This document shows positions 47,501-54,951 of a stretch of DNA of 64,000 nucleotides, one piece after another. The stretch comes from an uncultured Clostridia bacterium. Its GTDB lineage: Bacteria > Bacillota > Clostridia > Christensenellales > UBA1242. Position 1 is the first letter of the stretch. The number at the start of each line of letters is the position of its first letter. The translations under genes and the position numbers were made by a program. Under the pieces are notes generated by a model. That model was not told the origin of the DNA and did no database searches. It saw only the letters and a list, made by a program, of their open reading frames with translations. The stretch spans positions 2,444 to 66,443 of the forward strand of contig CALVNR010000007.1 in NCBI GenBank assembly GCA_944349905.1, read 5' to 3'.

Positions 47501-48474
47501 TCAATTTCATTTAAATTAAATTTAACAAATACATTTTGATAATCAAAGAATATTGTTTTATCTTTAAAAATCAAATTTGCTTTGTTATTACCTAAGATTG
47601 TAGAAATAAGCAAATTGTAATTTTTTAGGTCTATTGTTAAATCAAAATCCAAACTCTGATTTTCCAACAAGATATTAGATTTTAAAGTAATGTTATCTTG
47701 GTTAATAAAATTTAAACCTGCTTTCGCAAGATTTATAATAGATGTCAAATCTATATAATCTTGTGAGTTAATTTCGTCAAAATTGAAACTTTCTGGATAT
47801 TCAATGTTTCCATTAACTGAAAAACTTGTAGAGGTATCAATTTGTGTTTGTGGCAAATTTATAGAAATAGGTCTGTATTTTTTGTCTGTGACTATTTCAA
47901 GTTTTCCAACAACAGGAACTTCTATTGAAAGCAATATAGAATTTTCTTCTATTGTTTCTGTTAAATTTGAAAGCATAGAACCTATCATGTTTAAATCCAA
48001 ACTAGACAAATCAATTCCAAGAGAAGGCATTTCAAAATTCAACATGGATAAAATTTCAGAAATTGATTCCATTATGTTTGAAGTTTCTAACATAAATTTG
48101 TTGTTAAATGCTTCAACATAAACAATTGAATCTTTATAAATTAAATTTACTATCAATTCTTGTTCGTTTATTGTTCCAGCGATTTGACCTTGAACAGCCA
48201 AATTATCAAATCCTTGCGATAAGTCAAGCAGTGCATTGATATTAATATTTGCATTTGTTCCAGTTGCAGATAAGTTTAAGTTTAAATCTATGTCCAAATT
48301 TGATGATTGAGTTATACTATTTATCATGTTTGAAATTTGTGGTGGCATTGAAGCATTGCTTGCTTGATCTTTGCTTGTGTTATTCATAGAAAGAAGAATA
48401 ACACCATAGGCTGATGCTATTGAAATTATCAAATACATTAATGTATATGAAATGTATCTAAAAATTCTTTTCAT
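44587..48474 (-). CDS. 1295-aa membrane-anchored protein of unknown function built from about five ~190-200 aa internal repeats plus a distinct C-terminal domain
   Basis: A single N-terminal TM (YTLMYLIISIASAYGVILLS). Recurrent anchors are LIYKDSIVYVEAF (aa ~111), LIFKDKTIFFDYQ (~301), LIYTNNTIYIQYG (~500), LYITNQKIAIKAS (~696) and VFDNYVYVDYSD (~883). The SD is AAGGAG. Confidence 0.6.
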   Translation of the reverse strand: MKRIFRYISYTLMYLIISIASAYGVILLSMNNTSKDQASNASMPPQISNMINSITQSSNLDIDLNLNLSATGTNANININALLDLSQGFDNLAVQGQIAGTINEQELIVNLIYKDSIVYVEAFNNKFMLETSNIMESISEILSMLNFEMPSLGIDLSSLDLNMIGSMLSNLTETIEENSILLSIEVPVVGKLEIVTDKKYRPISINLPQTQIDTSTSFSVNGNIEYPESFNFDEINSQDYIDLTSIINLAKAGLNFINQDNITLKSNILLENQSLDFDLTIDLKNYNLLISTILGNNKANLIFKDKTIFFDYQNVFVKFNLNEIDTLANLITKYFNIELPVELIENILNSIDSKNIMQIFDFISLPEINLKDIDLSIIEKFSVENNIYTLQIKNIGAFNIFTQEDTLSSICFENETVKCSFESVESVEIPALNENKYAELSLLISTFDNVLDIVSSNSINGTFGLSYQDLSLSGEYKISFKNNNIVAFFTITIFEQTIDLIYTNNTIYIQYGEIKIKVSLENIDEILTFLQNNFNLNLNTDELSSIIEKLSEQLNIEKYPSLITGLNKNENALFISLANGLNLNIVNTEKSLNLRIDCLDLQFIGTLNGSEEVIETPVIDDSNFVTEQNLLNLASNIIDYINSKEYFAEINVKYQDLIAKAYVSYQNNLEVKATLTYNSNTFDIAIIADENFNFDLYITNQKIAIKASIESLKELAETVTKFLGIDLQAEIENILSQFENSTSNINLSMLTKLKITEFSKDIISINYDNINASINFKNDFVDNITISMDDLNGSINLLNEKPNTEPVVANYQDLATLSEKVTAVLDTLLSNKGNIELSLDNVVDNVLTNYQAQAQYDLASTNALRATISQNIENGFKVNAGVFDNYVYVDYSDLRVKMEYTSLIEIANKILPMLGIEQTVEEILETLDIGKILGDLASSAQSPDVNINQVFEMINYVENFTCNQNQLAVTLNSKMFGIEDGNMVEISVTFNENKISNVLIKNMYTGNNAASYINLNVDFFTFNGVEQFEDMTNFMDLTPLKNVLLSAINMTELRNFKIQGSANISILGINMNVPYTIEISLEDLNNPLIYAKIGKIPVFPAVNDDVAGARERMLYVYYTNGYVYMHRTEKVFKTHEKKIKVSLDTFMSDPLHYILSWGLGMKSYIMDEIYAAIEKSQNRPTPINFGNVLLGVNSDETNKVYGLTLNLREIAYNDMMDKMTIDLGIINNTETNYKDYIGTINFAMNMPFTESLVMNLSTTDTRLVEIGQKLDMTKVDNFANSYTHPEGQTWEDSHW

Positions 48475-48485
48475 GTTATTCTCCT

Positions 48486-49739
48486 TTATAAAATTTCTGC
48501 AACAACATCTCTATCAAAATAGAAGTTGTTTAAAAGAGTACCCGTACAGTTGTTTTTCATGCCAAAAGCAACAATAGAATAATTTTCTATGCAGTCAATT
48601 GAAACAAAGTTCCAATTTGAATCAATAGTAATTGTTTGTTTGATTGAATAAAACTCAGGGTAGGCAGAGAGAGAGCTTGTATATTTTATTTGTTTTATGT
48701 AATCCAAAACGCTATAAATTATATCAAGTTCAATTTCAAATTGATAGTATTTGCTTCCATCTTCATTTTCTATTACTGTGATTTGTCCTTCGTTATTGTT
48801 TGTTATTGTTTCTTCACAAATAATATAATTTTGACTTGTATTTGGAAGTCCACCAGTTGTTTCTTTAAATTGGCTAGCAGTGTAATTTGTTTTTGCACCG
48901 TTCCAAACAGCACTAGTTGCTTTGATGTCATTTCCTTTTACGGTAACTACATTGTTTGTTGTGCTGTCCAATTGTGCTATTTCTGCAATACTCATAATGC
49001 CGGCACTAATATTGATTGATTGATATATGTTTCCGTCACGAAGTTTTTCGCTATAAATTGTTTGAGAAGCTATCGTTTTAACTTCGCCAGAACTTTGAAT
49101 TAAATATTTTTCTGCATTAGAAAAATTGTAATCAGCAAGTTGATAATTTTCTGCCATGCTTAAATCAGCAGGGGTGATGCCTTTAGAAATAGCAGTTTCA
49201 ACAAAGTTTTCTTTTTCTTCTTCTTTAAAATTTGTTCCTAATATTTTAGCAAAAGCATTATTTTGAGTGTCAATTATTTTTTGTTGGTAGGTTGGCAACT
49301 CCAACAAATAAGTTTCCCAATCTACATTTGAACTTAAAACATTTTTATAATACCATGTTCCTAGTCCCGCGCCGGTAACAATCCCGCAAAGAGTAAGTAT
49401 GCAGTAATTCATAAGGCGTCTTTTCCATGTCATTTTTTGTTTTCTTAAAAGTTCTTTTTCTTTTAACTCTTGTTCTTTAAGTATTTTTCTTTCTCTCTTT
49501 GTTAATTGAACATCACTTTTTTTTCCAACTGCTTTTCTCTTTTTTGTTTTTGTAAACTGTTTGGTAATGTTGTTATTGTTTTTCAATTTTGATTTTTCTG
49601 ATTTTTTTAATTCTTTGTCTACTTTAGTCTTTGTTTCAACAAAAACATCTTCACTTTCTTGATGTGAAGGCGACAAAATAATTCTTTCTATATTTTTCTC
49701 AACCTTAGTTTCAGGTTGCTTATAATTTTCATTTGACAT
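48486..49739 (-). CDS. 417-aa bitopic membrane protein of unknown function, first gene of the operon with the 1295-aa protein
   Basis: A K/E-rich ~110 aa N-terminus, one TM (LMNYCILTLCGIVTGAGLGTWYY), and a ~285 aa extracytoplasmic domain. It ends 11 nt upstream of the next start. Confidence 0.55.
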   Translation of the reverse strand: MSNENYKQPETKVEKNIERIILSPSHQESEDVFVETKTKVDKELKKSEKSKLKNNNNITKQFTKTKKRKAVGKKSDVQLTKRERKILKEQELKEKELLRKQKMTWKRRLMNYCILTLCGIVTGAGLGTWYYKNVLSSNVDWETYLLELPTYQQKIIDTQNNAFAKILGTNFKEEEKENFVETAISKGITPADLSMAENYQLADYNFSNAEKYLIQSSGEVKTIASQTIYSEKLRDGNIYQSINISAGIMSIAEIAQLDSTTNNVVTVKGNDIKATSAVWNGAKTNYTASQFKETTGGLPNTSQNYIICEETITNNNEGQITVIENEDGSKYYQFEIELDIIYSVLDYIKQIKYTSSLSAYPEFYSIKQTITIDSNWNFVSIDCIENYSIVAFGMKNNCTGTLLNNFYFDRDVVAEIL

Positions 49740-50031
49740 ATTCTACCACTCTTTCAACGCCTAAAAAATGCATGGTGGTTATGTTTGATAGTTTATTTAG
49801 GCGAATATATTTTCAATATCATTTCTGATATATAATTACAACTTTATGATAATATACACATTATCTGTTTGTATTATAATATACTTTTATTTATATGTCA
49901 ATTAATTAGAACTTTTTTTGTAGAAAAATGTAAAAAAAATTTTTATAATTTTTTGTATAAATATGCAAAAAATATTTGATTTATGCAAAAATTTATAGTA
50001 TAATAAAAGGGAAATACAAAAGGGGAAAAAC

Positions 50032-50592
50032 ATGAGTTTAGAATTAGCAAATGATTTTTTTGATTACTACAAACAAAAATATTCTATTAAAGATTATGTA
50101 AAAGATGAAAAATTAACAGAAGAAGACGCCCTTTTGTTACTTTGTGCTTTTGATAAATTGTTAAACAAAGAAGATGCAAAAAGCGAATTGGGATTAAATG
50201 CTATTAAGTCGTTAGATTGTTATAATGATTATTTTAATATATCTAATAAACATGCTGAAATTGTAAATGAATTTTTGACAAAAATTGCTGAAACTGACAG
50301 TATAAAAATTGCATTGGAAAGATTGTTAGATAGATATTTGGAAGACAAGGATTTGTCATGCAAAAGTGGTATATCTTATTCTAATGAAAAACAGGCTTTA
50401 AAATCAGACGGGGATATATATGACGAAAATGTCATTGTTTCAATAGCAAAAAGTTCAGGCTTACAAGAAAAAGATATTAAAAAAAGATTATCAACGGGAC
50501 TTGAAGAATACATTTGCAAAAAAGAAGAGTATGTAAACAATGCTCTTTCTCATATGCATAGTTTGTATGCTTGTGTTGATTTAGAAAAATAA
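50032..50592 (+). CDS. hypothetical protein
   Basis: The SD is AAGGGG. The protein is helical and acidic. I recognise no motif. Confidence 0.45.
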   Translation: MSLELANDFFDYYKQKYSIKDYVKDEKLTEEDALLLLCAFDKLLNKEDAKSELGLNAIKSLDCYNDYFNISNKHAEIVNEFLTKIAETDSIKIALERLLDRYLEDKDLSCKSGISYSNEKQALKSDGDIYDENVIVSIAKSSGLQEKDIKKRLSTGLEEYICKKEEYVNNALSHMHSLYACVDLEK

Positions 50593-50631
50593 AAATTTTA
50601 TATATTTTCATAAAAAAATGACTAAAAATGC

Positions 50632-50660
50632 TTGACAAAATATTGTTTATTATATAAAAT
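50632..50660 (+). promoter_or_regulatory. candidate sigma-A promoter (distal) upstream of rplM
   Basis: TTGACA (50632-50637), a 17-nt spacer, then TAAAAT (50655-50660). Confidence 0.4.
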
Positions 50661-50665
50661 ATACT

Positions 50666-50689
50666 CGTCTTATTAATAAGGCGTTTTTT
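50666..50689 (+). terminator. terminator/attenuator-like hairpin in the rplM upstream region
   Basis: CGTCTTA (50666-50672), loop TTAA, TAAGGCG (50677-50683; one G.T pair), then TTTTTT (50684-50689). Confidence 0.55.
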
Positions 50690-50716
50690 GTCTGTATTAG
50701 CCCCACAGCGTAAAAT
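50688..50716 (+). promoter_or_regulatory. candidate sigma-A promoter (proximal) of rplM-rpsI
   Basis: TTGTCT (50688-50693), a 17-nt spacer, then TAAAAT (50711-50716). Confidence 0.4.
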
Positions 50717-50750
50717 GTCTTGCTAATGACTAAATTTCGGAGGAATAATA

Positions 50751-51194
50751 ATGAAAACATTTATGGCAAAACCAGCGGACGTTGAAAGAAAATGGTTCGT
50801 TGTAGACGCAACAAATATTCCACTTGGTAGAGTGGCTTCACAAGTTGCAGATATTTTAACAGGAAAAAACAAACCAACTTACACTCCACATGTTGATAAT
50901 GGCGATTTTGTTATAGTTATCAATTCAGACAAAATTGTTCTCACTGGCAATAAACTTGTGGACAAGAAAATGAGATGGCATACAGGTTACATTGGTGGAC
51001 TTAAAGAAATTGATTATGGAACTTTAATGCAAAAAAATTCACCAAAAGCTCTTGAAAAAGCAGTTAAAGGTATGCTTCCAAAGACTTCTCTTGGAAGAAA
51101 ACAAATTACTAGACTTCATGTTTATAAAGATGCGAACCACAATCATCAAGCACAAAAACCTGAAAGTGTAGAAGTAAAAGGAGCAAGAAACTAA
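50751..51194 (+). CDS. rplM: 50S ribosomal protein L13
   Basis: [19 protein letters not shown]... Confidence 0.95.
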   Translation: MKTFMAKPADVERKWFVVDATNIPLGRVASQVADILTGKNKPTYTPHVDNGDFVIVINSDKIVLTGNKLVDKKMRWHTGYIGGLKEIDYGTLMQKNSPKALEKAVKGMLPKTSLGRKQITRLHVYKDANHNHQAQKPESVEVKGARN

Positions 51195-51604
51195 TGGCAG
51201 AGAAGAAAACAAAACAAGCCAGCCAAATTATAGCTACTGGCAGAAGAAAAAAATCTATTGCAAGAGTTAGACTTTTCCCAGGAACAGGCAAATATGTTGT
51301 TAATGGAAGAGAAATGGGACAATACCTTCAAAGTGATACACTTCTTTTGGTTGCAAAACAACCATTTGAAATTACAAACACTTCTGACAAATACGATATC
51401 ATTGTAAGAGTTGTAGGTGGTGGTGTTTCTGGTCAAGCAGGTGCTATATGTCATGGTATCGCAAGAGCACTTGTTAAAGCTAGCGAAACTTATAAAAAAG
51501 AACTTAAAGATGCTGGACTTCTTACAAGAGACCCAAGAATGAAAGAAAGAAAAAAATATGGTCTCAAAAAAGCAAGAAAAGCACCTCAATTCTCAAAGAG
51601 ATAA
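51194..51604 (+). CDS. rpsI: 30S ribosomal protein S9
   Basis: [10 protein letters not shown]...GGG.SGQAGA...[25 protein letters not shown]. Confidence 0.95.
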   Translation: MAEKKTKQASQIIATGRRKKSIARVRLFPGTGKYVVNGREMGQYLQSDTLLLVAKQPFEITNTSDKYDIIVRVVGGGVSGQAGAICHGIARALVKASETYKKELKDAGLLTRDPRMKERKKYGLKKARKAPQFSKR

Positions 51605-51610
51605 TAATTT

Positions 51611-51643
51611 AAAAAAAACTTTGCAATTTGCCAAGTTTTTTTT
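51611..51643 (+). terminator. intrinsic terminator after rpsI
   Basis: AACTTTG (51617-51623) pairs with CCAAGTT (51631-51637), with one mismatch. It is followed by a T run. Confidence 0.55.
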
Positions 51644-51790
51644 ATTTATTAATATATTTTAATTTTATATAAATAAAAACAGTTTATTTAAATGAAACTT
51701 TATTGTGGATTTATTTTTTATTGTTAATAATTTTAATTTTGTTTAAAAATTATATTAATATGAAAATTATTTTTAAAAATTTAAAAAAAA

Positions 51791-51799
51791 TGTTATAAT
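51791..51799 (+). promoter_or_regulatory. extended -10 promoter element (TGtTATAAT) 6 nt upstream of the trxB-like ATG; leaderless candidate
   Basis: TG is at 51791-51792 and TATAAT at 51794-51799. The ATG is at 51806. The intervening ACTAAC has no SD. Confidence 0.5.
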
Positions 51800-51805
51800 A
51801 CTAAC

Positions 51806-52738
51806 ATGAAAAATGAATATGATATAATTATTGTTGGTGCAGGACCTGCTGGAATTAGTGCAGGTATTTATGCTGTAAGAGCGGGGAGAAGTGTTTTAAT
51901 TATTGAAAAATTTGCACCAGGTGGACAATTGGGTTTAATTGGCGAGATTGAAAACTATGCAGGTTTTGAAAAAATTAACGGATTTGATTTAGCTCAAAAA
52001 TTTGAAAGTCACGCAAAAACTTTGGGTGTTGATTTTGTTTTTGACAGTGTTATATCTTTGGAAAGCCATGATGATTATAAAATTGTTAATTGTCAAAACA
52101 ATACTTTTAAAGCAACAGCTGTTATTTTGGCTTTGGGTTGTCATTCTCGTGAGTTAAATATAGAAGGAGAGAAAGAATTTAAAGGGAAAGGTGTGAGTTA
52201 TTGTGCACTTTGCGATGGTAATTTTTTTAGAAATAAAAATGTTGCAGTAGTTGGTTCTGGTGATTCTGCTTTTTCTGATGCATTGTATCTTTCAAACCTT
52301 TGTAATAAGGTTTATGTTCTTACAAAAGAAAATTTAAAATTGAATAATTATGCAGAAAACGAGTTTGATGATAAAGAAAATGTTTTATTAATGAAAGGGG
52401 CAAATTCTAAAAAAATAGTCGGTAGCGAAAAAGTGGAAAGTTTGGAATACGAAACAAATGGAGAGATAAAAACAATAAATGTTGATGGGGTGTTTGTTGC
52501 TATTGGTAGGGTTCCAGATACAAGCATGTTGAAGGGAGTTTTAAAACTTGACAACAAAGGATATATTGAAACAAATGATAATATGGAGAGCTCTGAAAAG
52601 GGTATATATGCTTGTGGCGATGTTAGGGCTAACAGTATTAGGCAAATTGCCACAGCTGTTGGAGATGGTGCAATAGCAGGGACATATGCAAGTAAGTTTG
52701 TATTAAAAAAGATTTTTGAAAAAAAAATAAAAGCTTAA
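51806..52738 (+). CDS. low-Mr thioredoxin reductase family flavoprotein lacking the NADPH-binding HRRxxxR motif (ferredoxin-dependent FFTR-like?)
   Basis: GAGPAG FAD motif, the redox-active CALCDG, a second GSGDSA Rossmann motif, and GDV...RQ. Where E. coli TrxB has HLIHRRDGFRAEK, this protein has YVLTKENLKLNNY. Confidence 0.75.
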   Translation: MKNEYDIIIVGAGPAGISAGIYAVRAGRSVLIIEKFAPGGQLGLIGEIENYAGFEKINGFDLAQKFESHAKTLGVDFVFDSVISLESHDDYKIVNCQNNTFKATAVILALGCHSRELNIEGEKEFKGKGVSYCALCDGNFFRNKNVAVVGSGDSAFSDALYLSNLCNKVYVLTKENLKLNNYAENEFDDKENVLLMKGANSKKIVGSEKVESLEYETNGEIKTINVDGVFVAIGRVPDTSMLKGVLKLDNKGYIETNDNMESSEKGIYACGDVRANSIRQIATAVGDGAIAGTYASKFVLKKIFEKKIKA

Positions 52739-52757
52739 ATTTTAAGCTTTTATTTTT
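52729..52757. terminator. bidirectional terminator between the trxB-like and degV genes
   Basis: The palindrome AAAAGCTTAAATTTTAAGCTTTT is followed by ATTTTTTT. Confidence 0.7.
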
Positions 52758-53585
52758 TTAAATGCAAACAATAAAACCTTTTTCTAAGGCATAATAAGAG
52801 CACAGCCCTTTGGTTTCTATAATTCTAATTTCTTTAAAATTGTATTTGCTTTCTAATTCTTTTTTTATCATAGCAACTTCTTCATTTGCAAAACAATGAG
52901 AAATTATAATTGTAGAGTTTTCAATATTTTTTGCCTTCTCTCCTATCATTTGAATCATTTTGTTTATTGCATTTTTTATACCAATTGTCTTTTTGGCAAT
53001 TTTGATTTCACCTTTATCTGCTATGCATATAGGACGAATAACTAATGTGCTAGCTATGAGACCTGCAAATCTACTCATTCTTCCGTTATTTACCAAATTG
53101 TCAAACTTTTGCAATATAAAGAACAAATTTCTTTCATCTCTATATTTGTCTATTTCGGTTTTTATTTCTTCAAAAGATAGGTCTTTTTCAATGAGTTCTA
53201 CAAGTTTGTCAACAATTAATATTTCAGTCCCAGAAACAGCTTTTGAATCTATAACATGAATATTTTCACTTTTTTCATAAGAATTTTTTGCTACTATTGC
53301 AGCATTGTTGCAACCTGATAACTTTGAAGTTATTGTAACAACAAAAGTATATTCAGCTTTTTTGAATTGGTCTAAAAAGCTTTGAGGGGCAGGACAAGCG
53401 CTAGAAGATTTTTTGCTTTTTTTCATATCTTCAAGCATTGCTTTTACATCTATTTCGTCGTTGTCAACATATTCTTTTTCCCCAACATTTATTGTCAAAG
53501 GAATAACATTAAAACCAATGTTTTTATTTTTTATATAATCGCTTTTTAAATCAGCACAACTATCTACTATAATTTGATACTTCAT
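52758..53585 (-). CDS. DegV family fatty-acid-binding protein
   Basis: IIVDSCADL..., the 275-aa length, and the DegV pattern (TSCPAP-like SACPAP, ...IISHC...). Confidence 0.8.
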   Translation of the reverse strand: MKYQIIVDSCADLKSDYIKNKNIGFNVIPLTINVGEKEYVDNDEIDVKAMLEDMKKSKKSSSACPAPQSFLDQFKKAEYTFVVTITSKLSGCNNAAIVAKNSYEKSENIHVIDSKAVSGTEILIVDKLVELIEKDLSFEEIKTEIDKYRDERNLFFILQKFDNLVNNGRMSRFAGLIASTLVIRPICIADKGEIKIAKKTIGIKNAINKMIQMIGEKAKNIENSTIIISHCFANEEVAMIKKELESKYNFKEIRIIETKGLCSYYALEKGFIVCI

Positions 53586-53710
53586 ATATACTCCATTTTT
53601 TATAATTTAATACTACTTAATTATATATCAATATGAAATTTTTTCAAAATAAATTACTTTCTTTTATAATAATTATTGTTTTAATTGTTTAATATTTACA
53701 ATATTTGACA

Positions 53711-54901
53711 TTATTCTTGACTATGTTTGCTTGTATTTAAATATTTTTCCATATTTGAAGCCAATTGTATTTTTCCATATTTATTATTAATCGTTTCAAT
53801 AGCCTTGGAGTAGTCTTTTTTGTTGTTGTCAAAAAAAGTCATTTGATAATAATTTGCACTAGTAAGAGATGATGCACGAAGTCTAATTGCTCTGATAGGG
53901 TAATCATAATTCCATATTTTATCAGCTATTTCCATAGCATATTTAGCCAAATCTTTTACTGAATTTGTTGGCATGATTTTCATACCTTTTGCTATTCTTT
54001 TAAGTTTGTTGGTTTTTAAAGATAATGTTAAAGTGTTTGCATAAACATTATGGTTTATCATGCGAGCAGATATTTTTTCAGCTAAAAAGAAAATAACTTT
54101 TTCAATATCTTTTCTATATATAATATCTTGAATCGTTGTAGTTCCGTTTCCAATGCTTTTTGGTAGTGGAAGGGAGAAATAGTCGGTAACATTGTCAATG
54201 TTTTCACCAAGCAAAGATTTTTTAAGATTTATTCCATTTATTCCCATAACATGTTTTAAATAATCGTCTTCAAGAGAAACAAAGTCTCCAATGGTTTTAA
54301 TAGAAATAGAGGTAAATCGTTTTTCCAACCTTTTTCCAATGCCTACTATTGAATTTAAAGGAAGATTATAAGTTAGTTTTTTAAAATTCTGTTTTGATAT
54401 TTCAGTTGTTGCATCTGGTTTTTTCATATCAGAACCTAGTTTTGCAAAAATTTTTGAAAAAGATACACCAACAGAAACAGTTAAGCCAAAATTTTCTTTT
54501 ACTTTTGCTCTTATTTCATCTGCTATTTCTTTTCCTGATTTATTCAAAATTAATAAACTATCTGTGACATCTAGCCAACACTCATCTAAGCCCAAAGGTT
54601 CAACAAAGTTGGTATAAGTTAGGTATAGTTCATGAAGTTTTAAAGAAATTTCTTCATACAAGTCATAATGTGGAGGTAAACAAACAAGGTCGGGACATAA
54701 AACTTTTGCTTCACCAATAGTTTGTCCTGTTGAAACGCCATAATTTTTTGCTATTTCATTTTTAGCAAGAATAATACCTGTTCTTTTTTCTGGGTTACCA
54801 GTTACAGCAACAGGTTTGTTTTTTAATTCAGTTTTACTGGCACATTCAACAGAAGCGAAGAAATTGTTTACATCGGAATGTAAAATAACCCTTTCTTTCA
54901 T
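53711..54901 (-). CDS. dinB: DNA polymerase IV (Y family)
   Basis: ILHSDVNNFFASVE, LGLDECWLDVT, SVGVSFSKIFAKLGSD. Confidence 0.9.
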   Translation of the reverse strand: MKERVILHSDVNNFFASVECASKTELKNKPVAVTGNPEKRTGIILAKNEIAKNYGVSTGQTIGEAKVLCPDLVCLPPHYDLYEEISLKLHELYLTYTNFVEPLGLDECWLDVTDSLLILNKSGKEIADEIRAKVKENFGLTVSVGVSFSKIFAKLGSDMKKPDATTEISKQNFKKLTYNLPLNSIVGIGKRLEKRFTSISIKTIGDFVSLEDDYLKHVMGINGINLKKSLLGENIDNVTDYFSLPLPKSIGNGTTTIQDIIYRKDIEKVIFFLAEKISARMINHNVYANTLTLSLKTNKLKRIAKGMKIMPTNSVKDLAKYAMEIADKIWNYDYPIRAIRLRASSLTSANYYQMTFFDNNKKDYSKAIETINNKYGKIQLASNMEKYLNTSKHSQE

Positions 54902-54951
54902 TTGCTTTTTTTCTCCTTTTTATTGTATAATTGCCTATAAGAGAGTGATTT

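Noticed and set aside
53633-53692. 19-aa hydrophobic mini-ORF (MKFFQNKLLSFIIIIVLIV) between dinB and degV
   Set aside because: It has no SD, lies on the opposite strand to both neighbours in an AT-rich spacer, and its length and composition are what chance would give.
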